In this document: piece by piece, positions 26,461-35,080 of the stretch | Position numbering within the stretch: the first letter of the stretch is position 1 | How the letters are laid out: every line of letters begins with the position of its first letter | From: Planctomycetota bacterium | GTDB lineage: Bacteria > Planctomycetota > UBA8108 > UBA1146 | Assembly: GCA_036338595.1 (NCBI GenBank) | Contig: JAYZBV010000113.1 | Location: 43,216 to 107,215, forward strand | DNA: 64,000 nucleotides | Direction of reading: 5' to 3' | The notes under the pieces: model-generated | Database searches by the model: none | Seen by the model: only the letters and a program-made list of their open reading frames with translations | What the model was told of the DNA's origin: nothing | Made by a program: the position numbers and the translations under genes

Positions 26461-28194
26461 TTGCGCCAATTCAGGCAACAGATCGGTGACAGGGTCGCAT
26501 CCATCCTGGATCTGACGAGCACCGATCTGGCAGACTCCATGACCGATCCACCATCACAGGATCTGGGAGACCTATCTCTTCCGTGCTTTCAACTCGCCAA
26601 GCAGTTGAAAAAATCTCCCCCTGAGATTGCTACACAACTGGCCCAGGCGACATGGGATCTTCCCTGGTTGCAATCCGTGGACACCGCGGGGCCGTATCTG
26701 AATTTCAGGGTGAATCGTTCCGAGTTCGCACGATTGGCCATCGAACGAGTGTTGAAAGCGGGAGAAGGGTGGGGAAGCGGGGATAGTGGCGAGGACCAGA
26801 CTGTCATCGTTGAGTACTCATCTCCCAACATTGCCAAGCAACTAGCAGTGCACCACCTTCGTTCGACGATGCTGGGTCAGGCGATGGCAAATTTGCTACG
26901 TTGCGCCGGCCACACCGTCATCAGCTGGAATCACCTTGGTGATTGGGGCACGGGGTTCGGGATGTTGCTGGCGGCATGGGAAAAATACAGGTCAACAGAT
27001 GATCTTGATTCTCCACCGCTCGAGGAGCGTGAAGACCCGGTTGCCGATCTGAATCAACACTATGTCAGCTTCCATCAGGCCTGCAAGGAGGAGGAGGGGC
27101 TGGACGCGACTGCGAGAGAATGGTTTCGAAAGCTGGAAGCTGGAGATCCGCTCGCAGTTTCTCGTTGGAAACGTATTCGGGCCGTGTCACTCCACAAGTT
27201 CGATTCCATCTATGAACGCCTCGGAGTCCGTTTCGACGAGACGATCGGAGAATCTCACTACGAGCAGGGAATGGAATCGGTGATCTCTCAGCTGCAGGAG
27301 AAGGGACTGCTCGTGGAAAGTGACGGGGCAGAGGTGGTTCATGTGACGGACCAGATGCCCCCGATGCTCATCCGCAAGAATGACGGAGCCACTCTGTACG
27401 GTACGCGGGACCTCGCCAGTGCCATGGAACGGCACCGGTTGTACCCATTCGACCGCTGCCTCTATGTCGTCGATGCGGGACAGGGTCTCCATTTCAAACA
27501 GGTATTCGGGGTCCTGAAATTGCTCGGCAATGAGTGGGCAAGCCATCTCGAGCATGCTGAGTTCGGCGTGATGCGACTCAAGGTCGATGGTGGCTGGAAG
27601 AAGGGCAAGACTCGCGGAGGTCAGGTCGTGCTTCTCGAGGAAGTTCTCGATCAGGCGGTTCAACTCGCCACGACCACTGTGCGGGAAAAGAATCCGGATC
27701 TGGATCCTCAGCAGATCGAGGAGATTTCAGAAGCTGTCGGAGTCGGTGCCGTGATCTTCAGTGACATGAAAGCGGCGAGAAGGAAAGATGTGAACTTCGA
27801 GCTGGAAAAAATCCTCGCCTTCGATGGGGAAACAGGCCCATATCTGCAATATACACATGTGCGATTCTGCAGCATTTTGAGAAAAGCGGCTTCTCAGGAT
27901 CTCGCTGCTGGTGACGGTCGACTTCTCGAAGAATCTGAAGAACTGGTACTGCTCAAGAGGATACTTCGGTTCCCCGAGGTGGTGGCCAGAGCCGCTCGTG
28001 ATGCGGAGCCCTCACATCTGGCGCAGTACCTGCTTGAACTGGCCAGCGACTTCAACACCTATTACGCTCAACATCGGGTGCTGGGAGATGACTCATCCCT
28101 GAGTTCGGATCGGCTGGTACTGGTGGAGGCGTTGAAAAACACTCTGGGCAGGGGTTTGCGACTGCTCTGTATCCAGCCGCTGGAGCGAATGTAG
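26461..28194 (+). CDS. argS: arginine--tRNA ligase
   Basis: SSPNIAKQLAVHHLRS (HIGH-type motif), an anticodon-binding C-terminus (YLLELASDFNTYY) and a terminal M. The likely TTG start at 26461 follows GGGAGGG; the ORF track starts at 26416. Confidence 0.92.
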   Translation: MRQFRQQIGDRVASILDLTSTDLADSMTDPPSQDLGDLSLPCFQLAKQLKKSPPEIATQLAQATWDLPWLQSVDTAGPYLNFRVNRSEFARLAIERVLKAGEGWGSGDSGEDQTVIVEYSSPNIAKQLAVHHLRSTMLGQAMANLLRCAGHTVISWNHLGDWGTGFGMLLAAWEKYRSTDDLDSPPLEEREDPVADLNQHYVSFHQACKEEEGLDATAREWFRKLEAGDPLAVSRWKRIRAVSLHKFDSIYERLGVRFDETIGESHYEQGMESVISQLQEKGLLVESDGAEVVHVTDQMPPMLIRKNDGATLYGTRDLASAMERHRLYPFDRCLYVVDAGQGLHFKQVFGVLKLLGNEWASHLEHAEFGVMRLKVDGGWKKGKTRGGQVVLLEEVLDQAVQLATTTVREKNPDLDPQQIEEISEAVGVGAVIFSDMKAARRKDVNFELEKILAFDGETGPYLQYTHVRFCSILRKAASQDLAAGDGRLLEESEELVLLKRILRFPEVVARAARDAEPSHLAQYLLELASDFNTYYAQHRVLGDDSSLSSDRLVLVEALKNTLGRGLRLLCIQPLERM

Positions 28195-28200
28195 ATCCGT

Positions 28201-28572
28201 TCAGAGCAATTCCAGCAGTTGCAGGTTGATCCAGGCGAGGCGCCCATAGAGTTGAATCAGGTTCATTCCCTCGTTGATGTTCCAGATCCAGTTCCAGCAT
28301 TCATCCTGCAAGGAGGCCTCATTGGGCTTCTCTGCCTCGATCGACGCAACCAGCTGCCCGAAGCGTTTCAGGACCTGTTCAGGCGCAGGACGCGTCCCTT
28401 CCTGGACGATGCGATCCAGGCATTCTCGCTCCAGTTCGATGGTCTCCCTCATGAACTGGATCAATCTTTCCTCGGTGAGCACTGACAAGGGGGCCTCCTT
28501 CTGGTCCCCGGTATAGGGAGAGTAGCCCGTCAGGTCAACGGTCACTCCAGTCTTCTTGCCTCCCGGGGGCAA
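28201..28572 (-). CDS. hypothetical protein (weakly supported)
   Basis: The ORF has only a TTG at 28572 or an internal ATG at 28452. It has no recognisable domain and is convergent with argS. The composition looks coding. Confidence 0.35.
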   Translation of the reverse strand: MPPGGKKTGVTVDLTGYSPYTGDQKEAPLSVLTEERLIQFMRETIELERECLDRIVQEGTRPAPEQVLKRFGQLVASIEAEKPNEASLQDECWNWIWNINEGMNLIQLYGRLAWINLQLLELL

Positions 28573-28657
28573 GGTTTCTAGGATGTCCAGGCAAGAAAGC
28601 GCAGTGGATCAACACCGAACCGTTGGAGGCCAATTGAGCAACGATGACCTGGGAGTC

Positions 28658-30262
28658 ATGCAAAAGATCGTATCGCTTTGCAAACGACGCGGGTTCCTTT
28701 TTCAATCCAGCGAGATCTATGGCGGCATGAATGGCTGTTGGGATTACGGGCCACTTGGCGTGGAACTCAAACGCAATGTAAAAGATGCCTGGTGGGCAGA
28801 CATGGTCACTCACCATGATGATAGTTCCACTCCAGATGGCGCTTCCGAGGCGTTCGAGATGACGGGCCTCGACTGTTCAATTCTGATGCATCCTCAGGTA
28901 TGGAAATGTTCCGGCCATCATGATCTTTTCCATGACATGATGATCGACTGCAAGGAATCCAAGCGCAGGTATCGTCACGATCAGGTGCGTGGTCGATGGG
29001 CACTTCGTGGCGATCACCGGATATTCGTAACCGCCGTCTGTGAACCGGAAGAAGAGCAAGAGGTGCTGACCGCCAGGGCTCAGAAGCATTTTGGATTGCG
29101 CGCCAAGGACAGGGACCAGATCAGCTGGGACGGGGATGTTGTTTCGCTTGAGACGGTCTCGGATTTTTCGGAGGTTTTCGGCCCGGACGCCAAGGAGCCG
29201 GGAACCCTCACCGAGCCGCGAGAGTTCAATTTGATGTTCAAGACCCACATGGGTGCACTTTTCGATGAGGACAGCGTCGCTTACCTGCGCCCCGAGACTG
29301 CTCAGGGGATCTTCGTCAATTTCAAGAATGTGGTCGATTCCTCCAGGGTCAGGATTCCTTTTGGAATCGCTCAGATAGGCAAGAGCTTTCGCAATGAGAT
29401 CACACCCAGGAATTTCACATTCAGAGTTCGCGAGTTCGAGCAGATGGAGGTCGAGTTCTTCTGCCATCCTGATTCGTCAAAGCAGTGGTATGGCTACTGG
29501 AGAGATCGGCGCATGAAGTGGTATCAGGAACTGGGCCTATCGAGCGATAACCTGATTCTCAGAGAACATGATGACGATGAACTGAGCCATTACTCCACCG
29601 GAACGGCAGACATCGAGTATGCATTCCCGTTCCTGCCGGACGGCGAATTCGGAGAACTCGAGGGAGTGGCTCACAGGGGAGATTTTGATCTCAGAAGCCA
29701 CATGGAAGGGAAATTGAATCCCGCCACCAAACCGCTCGAAGTTGAACTCGGTGAAGATGGAAAGCCCGTCCATCGAGGCAGCGGAAAGGATCTTTCCTAT
29801 CGCGATCCTGTGACCAACGAGAAGTACATTCCACATGTCATCGAGCCTTCTGCGGGTGCGGATCGAGCGGCACTTGCATTCCTCTGTGAGGCATATACAG
29901 AGGATATGGCTCCCGATGAAAATGGAAAGATGCAGGGCCGAGTGCTACTGAAATTCCATCCTCGTATCGCTCCGATCAAGGCTGCTGTATTGCCGCTGGT
30001 CAAGAAGGACGGCATGCCAGAGTGTGCCCAGGAGATCTATCGAGATCTCAAGCGAGAGCTGCCAGTATTTTATGACAGCAAGGGGGCCGTTGGCCGTCGA
30101 TATCGCAGGATGGACGAAGCAGGAACACCCTATTGTCTCACCATCGATGGCCAGACCCTCGATGATGGAACGGTGACACTCAGGGAACGAGATTCGATGG
30201 AACAAACGCGGCTTCCAGTGGCTGAAGCGGCTCAGGCCATCCGGGAAGCGGTGCGATCTTGA
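28658..30262 (+). CDS. glyQS: glycine--tRNA ligase (homodimeric GlyQS type)
   Basis: MQKIVSLCKRRGFLFQSSEIYGG, class II motifs FRNEITPRNFTFRVREFEQMEVEFF and IEPSAGADR. An alternative upstream ATG is at 28583. Confidence 0.92.
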   Translation: MQKIVSLCKRRGFLFQSSEIYGGMNGCWDYGPLGVELKRNVKDAWWADMVTHHDDSSTPDGASEAFEMTGLDCSILMHPQVWKCSGHHDLFHDMMIDCKESKRRYRHDQVRGRWALRGDHRIFVTAVCEPEEEQEVLTARAQKHFGLRAKDRDQISWDGDVVSLETVSDFSEVFGPDAKEPGTLTEPREFNLMFKTHMGALFDEDSVAYLRPETAQGIFVNFKNVVDSSRVRIPFGIAQIGKSFRNEITPRNFTFRVREFEQMEVEFFCHPDSSKQWYGYWRDRRMKWYQELGLSSDNLILREHDDDELSHYSTGTADIEYAFPFLPDGEFGELEGVAHRGDFDLRSHMEGKLNPATKPLEVELGEDGKPVHRGSGKDLSYRDPVTNEKYIPHVIEPSAGADRAALAFLCEAYTEDMAPDENGKMQGRVLLKFHPRIAPIKAAVLPLVKKDGMPECAQEIYRDLKRELPVFYDSKGAVGRRYRRMDEAGTPYCLTIDGQTLDDGTVTLRERDSMEQTRLPVAEAAQAIREAVRS

Positions 30263-31605
30263 TTCCGCTCCTATTTCTTGTTCTCGCCATGCCCGTCGCA
30301 GGTGACCGTGTGCTGGACCAGGCCATTGCTGACAGGGACACGTCTGCAGTGATGGTGAGGATCCAGGAGATTGCTCGTGAGCAGGGCGTCTCATCGATCT
30401 CGGTGCTCGCTTCCGCGGTGGCCCGTGTCGAGGAGGTGGCGGAGGGTCAGTGGCATTACTTTGATCGCCATCGGATTTTCGTGACGGCCATCCGGGCCGT
30501 GCCATTTGTGCCTGCAGAAGCTGCAGCCAAGGAATTCCAGGCACTCATCCGTAAGAGCAAGAAATGGCCCGCAAGGTTATTTTTACTGGAAGCATCTCTG
30601 CAGTCAGCCTCGATCGATTCGATCCAGTTGGCGCTGGCCACCATCGATGACAAGGCTCCCCAGGTTGTTGCGGTCGCTGCCAGGATTCTTGGACGCAGTC
30701 AGGAAATCCTTGCGCTGGATCCTCTCGTACTCGCGATGTCCAGGTGGGAGGACTCCAAAACAGTCGATAAGGCAGTCCATGGAGGGCGAGAAGAACTGAG
30801 TCAGCTGCCTCAAGATCGCACCTGGTTGGCCTGCAGGGATGCTCTGCATCGTCTCACGGGACTTTCTCTTCACGGTTCTGATCAGTATAGAAACTGGATC
30901 GCGACTCACCGCGATGAAATCGACCCGAGCCGTACTGGCGACATCAAACCCAATCAGCCGGTGACGGGAACCGGTTTGTTTGGCCTGGATATCACGGGTA
31001 AGAACATCGTATTTCTTGTCGACATTTCAGGCTCGATGATGGCGACCGATCCACCATCCGAGGAGGCGATAGAGAAAGCTCGAAGAAGTACAGGAGTTGG
31101 TGAAACTGTCGAAGAGAAACTCCGGGAATTGATGGAGCATCGCAGAAGGATCTTGAGGGCACGCACTCAGGTCAGTAGAGCCATTCAAGGTCTGGGGGAG
31201 GACCGGCGGTTCACGGTCATCTCGTACTCGTCTGCCGTGACGGCCTGGAGTGGAGTTCTGCTTCCTGCCACGAAAAAGAATCGAGCCTCAGCGTCCCGGT
31301 TTGTCAGCGATTTCAAGGCCAGTGGAATCACCGTGACCGACGAGGCGCTCCACATGGCACTGACCGATCCAACGGTAGATACGATTTACCTGATCACGGA
31401 TGGAGCACCCACCCATATCGGCAGCCAGGGCAATCAATTGCCCGTGGACTCGCGGCGATTGATGAAACAGATTCTGGAAGAGACCAGGGCCAGAAACTAC
31501 CTGCGTGGTATTCGAGTTTTCACGCTCGGTTTCATCGATGCAGAGGAAGAGTTCCTCCAGCAACTGGCGCAGGAAAATCTCGGGAAATATGTCAGGATTC
31601 GCTGA
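30259..31605 (+). CDS. von Willebrand factor A (VWA) domain protein with helical-repeat N-terminal region
   Basis: Signal-like N-terminus. VWA/MIDAS block IVFLVDISGSM...TVISYSS...IYLITDGAPT. TTG start overlaps the glyQS stop. Confidence 0.75.
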   Translation: MIPLLFLVLAMPVAGDRVLDQAIADRDTSAVMVRIQEIAREQGVSSISVLASAVARVEEVAEGQWHYFDRHRIFVTAIRAVPFVPAEAAAKEFQALIRKSKKWPARLFLLEASLQSASIDSIQLALATIDDKAPQVVAVAARILGRSQEILALDPLVLAMSRWEDSKTVDKAVHGGREELSQLPQDRTWLACRDALHRLTGLSLHGSDQYRNWIATHRDEIDPSRTGDIKPNQPVTGTGLFGLDITGKNIVFLVDISGSMMATDPPSEEAIEKARRSTGVGETVEEKLRELMEHRRRILRARTQVSRAIQGLGEDRRFTVISYSSAVTAWSGVLLPATKKNRASASRFVSDFKASGITVTDEALHMALTDPTVDTIYLITDGAPTHIGSQGNQLPVDSRRLMKQILEETRARNYLRGIRVFTLGFIDAEEEFLQQLAQENLGKYVRIR

Positions 31606-31622
31606 TCCAGAAGGGGAATGAT

Positions 31623-32909
31623 TTGGCCAGGGAAGTAGTGATCGTCGATGGATCCCGCACTCCTTTTGTTCGTGCAGGGGAGGTGTTCAGGGATGTTCCC
31701 GTCGATGAACTGGCTCGCAGTTGCACCCGCGACCTTCTGGACCGCGTTGCCATCGATCCGGGAATTATCGACGAGTTGATCCTGGGATGCGTGGCACAGC
31801 CCCCCGATTGTGCGAACCCGGCCAGAGTTGTCGCCCTTCGCTCCGGACTCCCGCAGAGCACACCTGCGCAGACGGTTGCACGCAACTGCGCCAGTGGAAT
31901 GCAGGCGGTGTCGGATGCCTTTGATCGCATTCGTTCCGGGGCATCCGATACGGTGCTTGCCGGTGGATCCGAGTCGATGAGCAGGATCCCGATACTGTTC
32001 CCGCTTTCATTCGGCTTCAAACTGGCATCGCTCTCTCGCGCTCGCTCGATCACCGAAAAACTTGCAGGGATCTTTCACTTCCGTCCCAGAGACCTCAAAC
32101 CTCGAATCGGGTTGCTGGAAGGTTTGAGGGATCCGTTCAGTGGTGACATGATGGGAGACACGGCCGAACGCCTTGCGCGAGAGTGGGGGGTCAGTAGAGA
32201 TGACCAGGATCAGTATGCGCTGGATAGTCATCGCAAGGCAGTCTCGGCACGAGACGCTCTTTCCGAGGAGATCAGCGCCCTGGCGATTCCGCCACGGTTC
32301 GATGATGTGGTCAGGGAGGATATCGGACCCAGACCCGATGCTAAATTCGAAAAGATGAACCGGATGAAACCCTATTTCGACCGGAAACTCGGGTCGGTCA
32401 CCATCGCCAATTCATGTGGAATCACCGATGGAGCATCGATGTTGCTCTTGATGGATTCTGAACGCGCTCATCAACTTGGCCTTTCGCCCATCGCCAGAAT
32501 CCTCGGAACCACCTTCGTTGGATGCGATCCGCTACGGATGGGCCTCGGCCCTGTCTTCGCCATCTCGTCCGTCCTTGCCGGTTCTGGCCTCGAATTGAAG
32601 GATCTTGAACTGGTCGAGTTGAATGAAGCGTTTGCGGCTCAGGTGATCGCTTGCCAGCGAGCACTGGCCAGCGACAGTTTCAGCAGTGAGGCCGGTTTTT
32701 CATCGATTCCCGGCGAAATCGATCCTGAGCGCCTGAATGTACAGGGTGGTGCGATCGCACTGGGGCACCCTGTCGGTGCATCCGGTGCCCGGTTGATCTT
32801 CTCACTCGCACGGCAGTTGCAGCGTCGTGGCGGTGGTCATGGTATTGCAACGATGTGCGTCGGAGGTGGGCAAGGTGGGGCGGTGCTGCTGGAAGGGATC
32901 GCCTCATGA
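31623..32909 (+). CDS. fadA: acetyl-CoA C-acyltransferase (3-ketoacyl-CoA thiolase)
   Basis: REVVIVDGSRTPF, active-site RNCASGMQAV, NEAFAAQV, GGAIALGHPVGASGARL and CVGGGQGGA. TTG start. Confidence 0.9.
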   Translation: MAREVVIVDGSRTPFVRAGEVFRDVPVDELARSCTRDLLDRVAIDPGIIDELILGCVAQPPDCANPARVVALRSGLPQSTPAQTVARNCASGMQAVSDAFDRIRSGASDTVLAGGSESMSRIPILFPLSFGFKLASLSRARSITEKLAGIFHFRPRDLKPRIGLLEGLRDPFSGDMMGDTAERLAREWGVSRDDQDQYALDSHRKAVSARDALSEEISALAIPPRFDDVVREDIGPRPDAKFEKMNRMKPYFDRKLGSVTIANSCGITDGASMLLLMDSERAHQLGLSPIARILGTTFVGCDPLRMGLGPVFAISSVLAGSGLELKDLELVELNEAFAAQVIACQRALASDSFSSEAGFSSIPGEIDPERLNVQGGAIALGHPVGASGARLIFSLARQLQRRGGGHGIATMCVGGGQGGAVLLEGIAS

Positions 32910-35074
32910 GTCAATGGAAGTTGATCCGCTCATCCGGATGGTCTGCAGCAATACCTGCTCCTGATCCAAAGGGTCGTTGGTTGCACCTGGTCATCGATGC
33001 AGAGACCAGCGCCAATGTACTGAGCGAGGCGGTGTTGACGGATCTATCCCGGCAGATCGATGACATCGAAAGCCATCAGGGCGTGGACGCCGTGATCGTG
33101 TCCAGCGCCAAGAAAGATCATTTCATCGCCGGTGCAGATGTCAACGCCATAGGATCTGCAACAAATGTTGATCAGGTTGTGGATGCCTGTCGGAAAGCCC
33201 AGGACCTGTTCGGCAGATTGAGTTCTCTTTCCGTTCCGACGATCGCGGTCATCAGAGGAACATGTCTCGGAGGCGGCCTCGAGTTATCGTTGGGATGTAC
33301 GGCTCGCATCGGAGTGTCCGATGCCAGGACCCGCATCGGCTTTCCAGAGGTCAATCTTGGAATCATTCCCGGATTTGGCGGCACTGTACGCGCGACCAGG
33401 TTGCTGGGCCTGCGCGCTGCTCTCGGCTGGATACTGCCGGCCAGCAGGCTTCCCGCCCAGGTGGCCCATCGCAAGGGATTGCTCGATGCCACCGTGCCCC
33501 CTGAAGGGTTTCGTCAGCTCTCACTACAGTTGATCGAGCAGATGGTCTCCGATGGTTTTCGGACGGTTCGCGCTCGCCGAAAGAAACGACGGAAGGGAAT
33601 CATTTCATTCCTTCTCGATGAGACGACCCTGGGTCGTTCCATCGTTTGCAAGAAGGCGATCAAAACCGTACGTGCTCGTACTCTGGGACACATGCCCGCT
33701 CCTGAGAAGGCCATCGAAGTGGCCAGGCTTTCTGCTCACATGGATGAGCGCCATTGCCTGGAGCAGGAGGCGATCGCCGTATCTCATCTGGCCACGGGAC
33801 CGGTCTGCAGGAATCTGGTATCGATTTTTCAGGATTCCGAGCGGGTCAGGCGCGGCACCGATGGCGACCCCGACGGGCAGTGGCCAGAGCAGAGAAGCCT
33901 CGTGATTCTCGGTGCAGGAGTCATGGGCTCCGGGGTGGCTACACTCGCCATAGAGAAATCCATCCCCGTCAGGCTGCGTGACATCTCTCTGGAGTCGCTG
34001 GATCGAGCTCTGAAGATCATCGGTTCTGCGATAGATCAGAAGAGAAAAAAGCGTCGTATCACCAGGTATCAACAGGCAGAGATTCTGTCCAGGCTCGGAC
34101 ATGGAAAAGAACTCGACGGTCTGAGTCGTTGTGCGGGAGTACTGGAAGCTGTTGTCGAACGCCTGGATGTGAAACGATCCGTTCTTGCCGAAGTAGCACC
34201 ACTGCTCGGTGCTGAGTCGATCTTTGCAACGAATACTTCTGCACTGAGCGTCACGGAGATCCAGGATGGAAGTCCGATCGCCTCCAGGGTGGTGGGTTTG
34301 CACTTTTTCAATCCAGTTCCGAGGATGCCTCTGGTCGAGGTGATTCCTGGACAGCAAACAGCTCCTGAAACGGTCGGGATCGCCCTGGCACTCGCCAGGA
34401 AGCTTGGCAAGTATCCCGTACTCGTGAAGGACTCTCCCGGATTCCTTGTCAACAGACTGCTTCTTCCCTATCTGGATGCAGCTTCTCGATTATTGCTCGA
34501 TGGACTCAGCGGGTCCCATATCGATGCTGTCGCTCGAGGACATGGATTACCGATGGGTCCCTTTCGCCTGATGGATGAAGTGGGGCTCGATATCGGAGTT
34601 GAGGTTCAGGAAACCCTCCACGCTTCCTTCGGAGAGAGAGCAGCGGCTTCACCGATGCTACATAAAATGGTCGAGAAGGGCTGGCTCGGGAAGAAGGCAG
34701 GAATCGGATTTTACCTGCACAGGGGCAGTAGTTTGACCTGGAATCACCAGGTCAAATCGATGATCAAGGCGTCTTCTCGAACGATGTCGTCCGTCGAGAT
34801 CATCTCTGCCTTGCTCGACCCGATGGTCGATGAAGCCGCTCGCTGTCTTGAAGAGAAAGTTGTTCAAGACGCTGGGATTCTCGACCTGGCGATGGTGATG
34901 GGGACGGGATACCCACCTCACCTTGGAGGACCACTTCGTGCGGCGGATGCAGAGGGTTTGCCGGCAATTGAAAAAAGGCTTCGTGCCGCCCATGAAGCCG
35001 GGTCAGCACGAAGCCCCTGTGGTCTTCTCGTGGAACTCGCCAGCAAGGGTGCCGGCTTTCATTCCGTCAAGTAA
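32906..35074 (+). CDS. fadB: fatty-acid oxidation complex alpha subunit (enoyl-CoA hydratase / 3-hydroxyacyl-CoA dehydrogenase)
   Basis: Crotonase fold (FIAGADV...GTCLGGGLELSLGC) followed by the NAD-binding segment ILGAGVMGSGVA and the HFFNPV motif. Its ATG overlaps the fadA stop (ATGA). Confidence 0.9.
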   Translation: MSQWKLIRSSGWSAAIPAPDPKGRWLHLVIDAETSANVLSEAVLTDLSRQIDDIESHQGVDAVIVSSAKKDHFIAGADVNAIGSATNVDQVVDACRKAQDLFGRLSSLSVPTIAVIRGTCLGGGLELSLGCTARIGVSDARTRIGFPEVNLGIIPGFGGTVRATRLLGLRAALGWILPASRLPAQVAHRKGLLDATVPPEGFRQLSLQLIEQMVSDGFRTVRARRKKRRKGIISFLLDETTLGRSIVCKKAIKTVRARTLGHMPAPEKAIEVARLSAHMDERHCLEQEAIAVSHLATGPVCRNLVSIFQDSERVRRGTDGDPDGQWPEQRSLVILGAGVMGSGVATLAIEKSIPVRLRDISLESLDRALKIIGSAIDQKRKKRRITRYQQAEILSRLGHGKELDGLSRCAGVLEAVVERLDVKRSVLAEVAPLLGAESIFATNTSALSVTEIQDGSPIASRVVGLHFFNPVPRMPLVEVIPGQQTAPETVGIALALARKLGKYPVLVKDSPGFLVNRLLLPYLDAASRLLLDGLSGSHIDAVARGHGLPMGPFRLMDEVGLDIGVEVQETLHASFGERAAASPMLHKMVEKGWLGKKAGIGFYLHRGSSLTWNHQVKSMIKASSRTMSSVEIISALLDPMVDEAARCLEEKVVQDAGILDLAMVMGTGYPPHLGGPLRAADAEGLPAIEKRLRAAHEAGSARSPCGLLVELASKGAGFHSVK

Positions 35075-35080
35075 GGGTGA

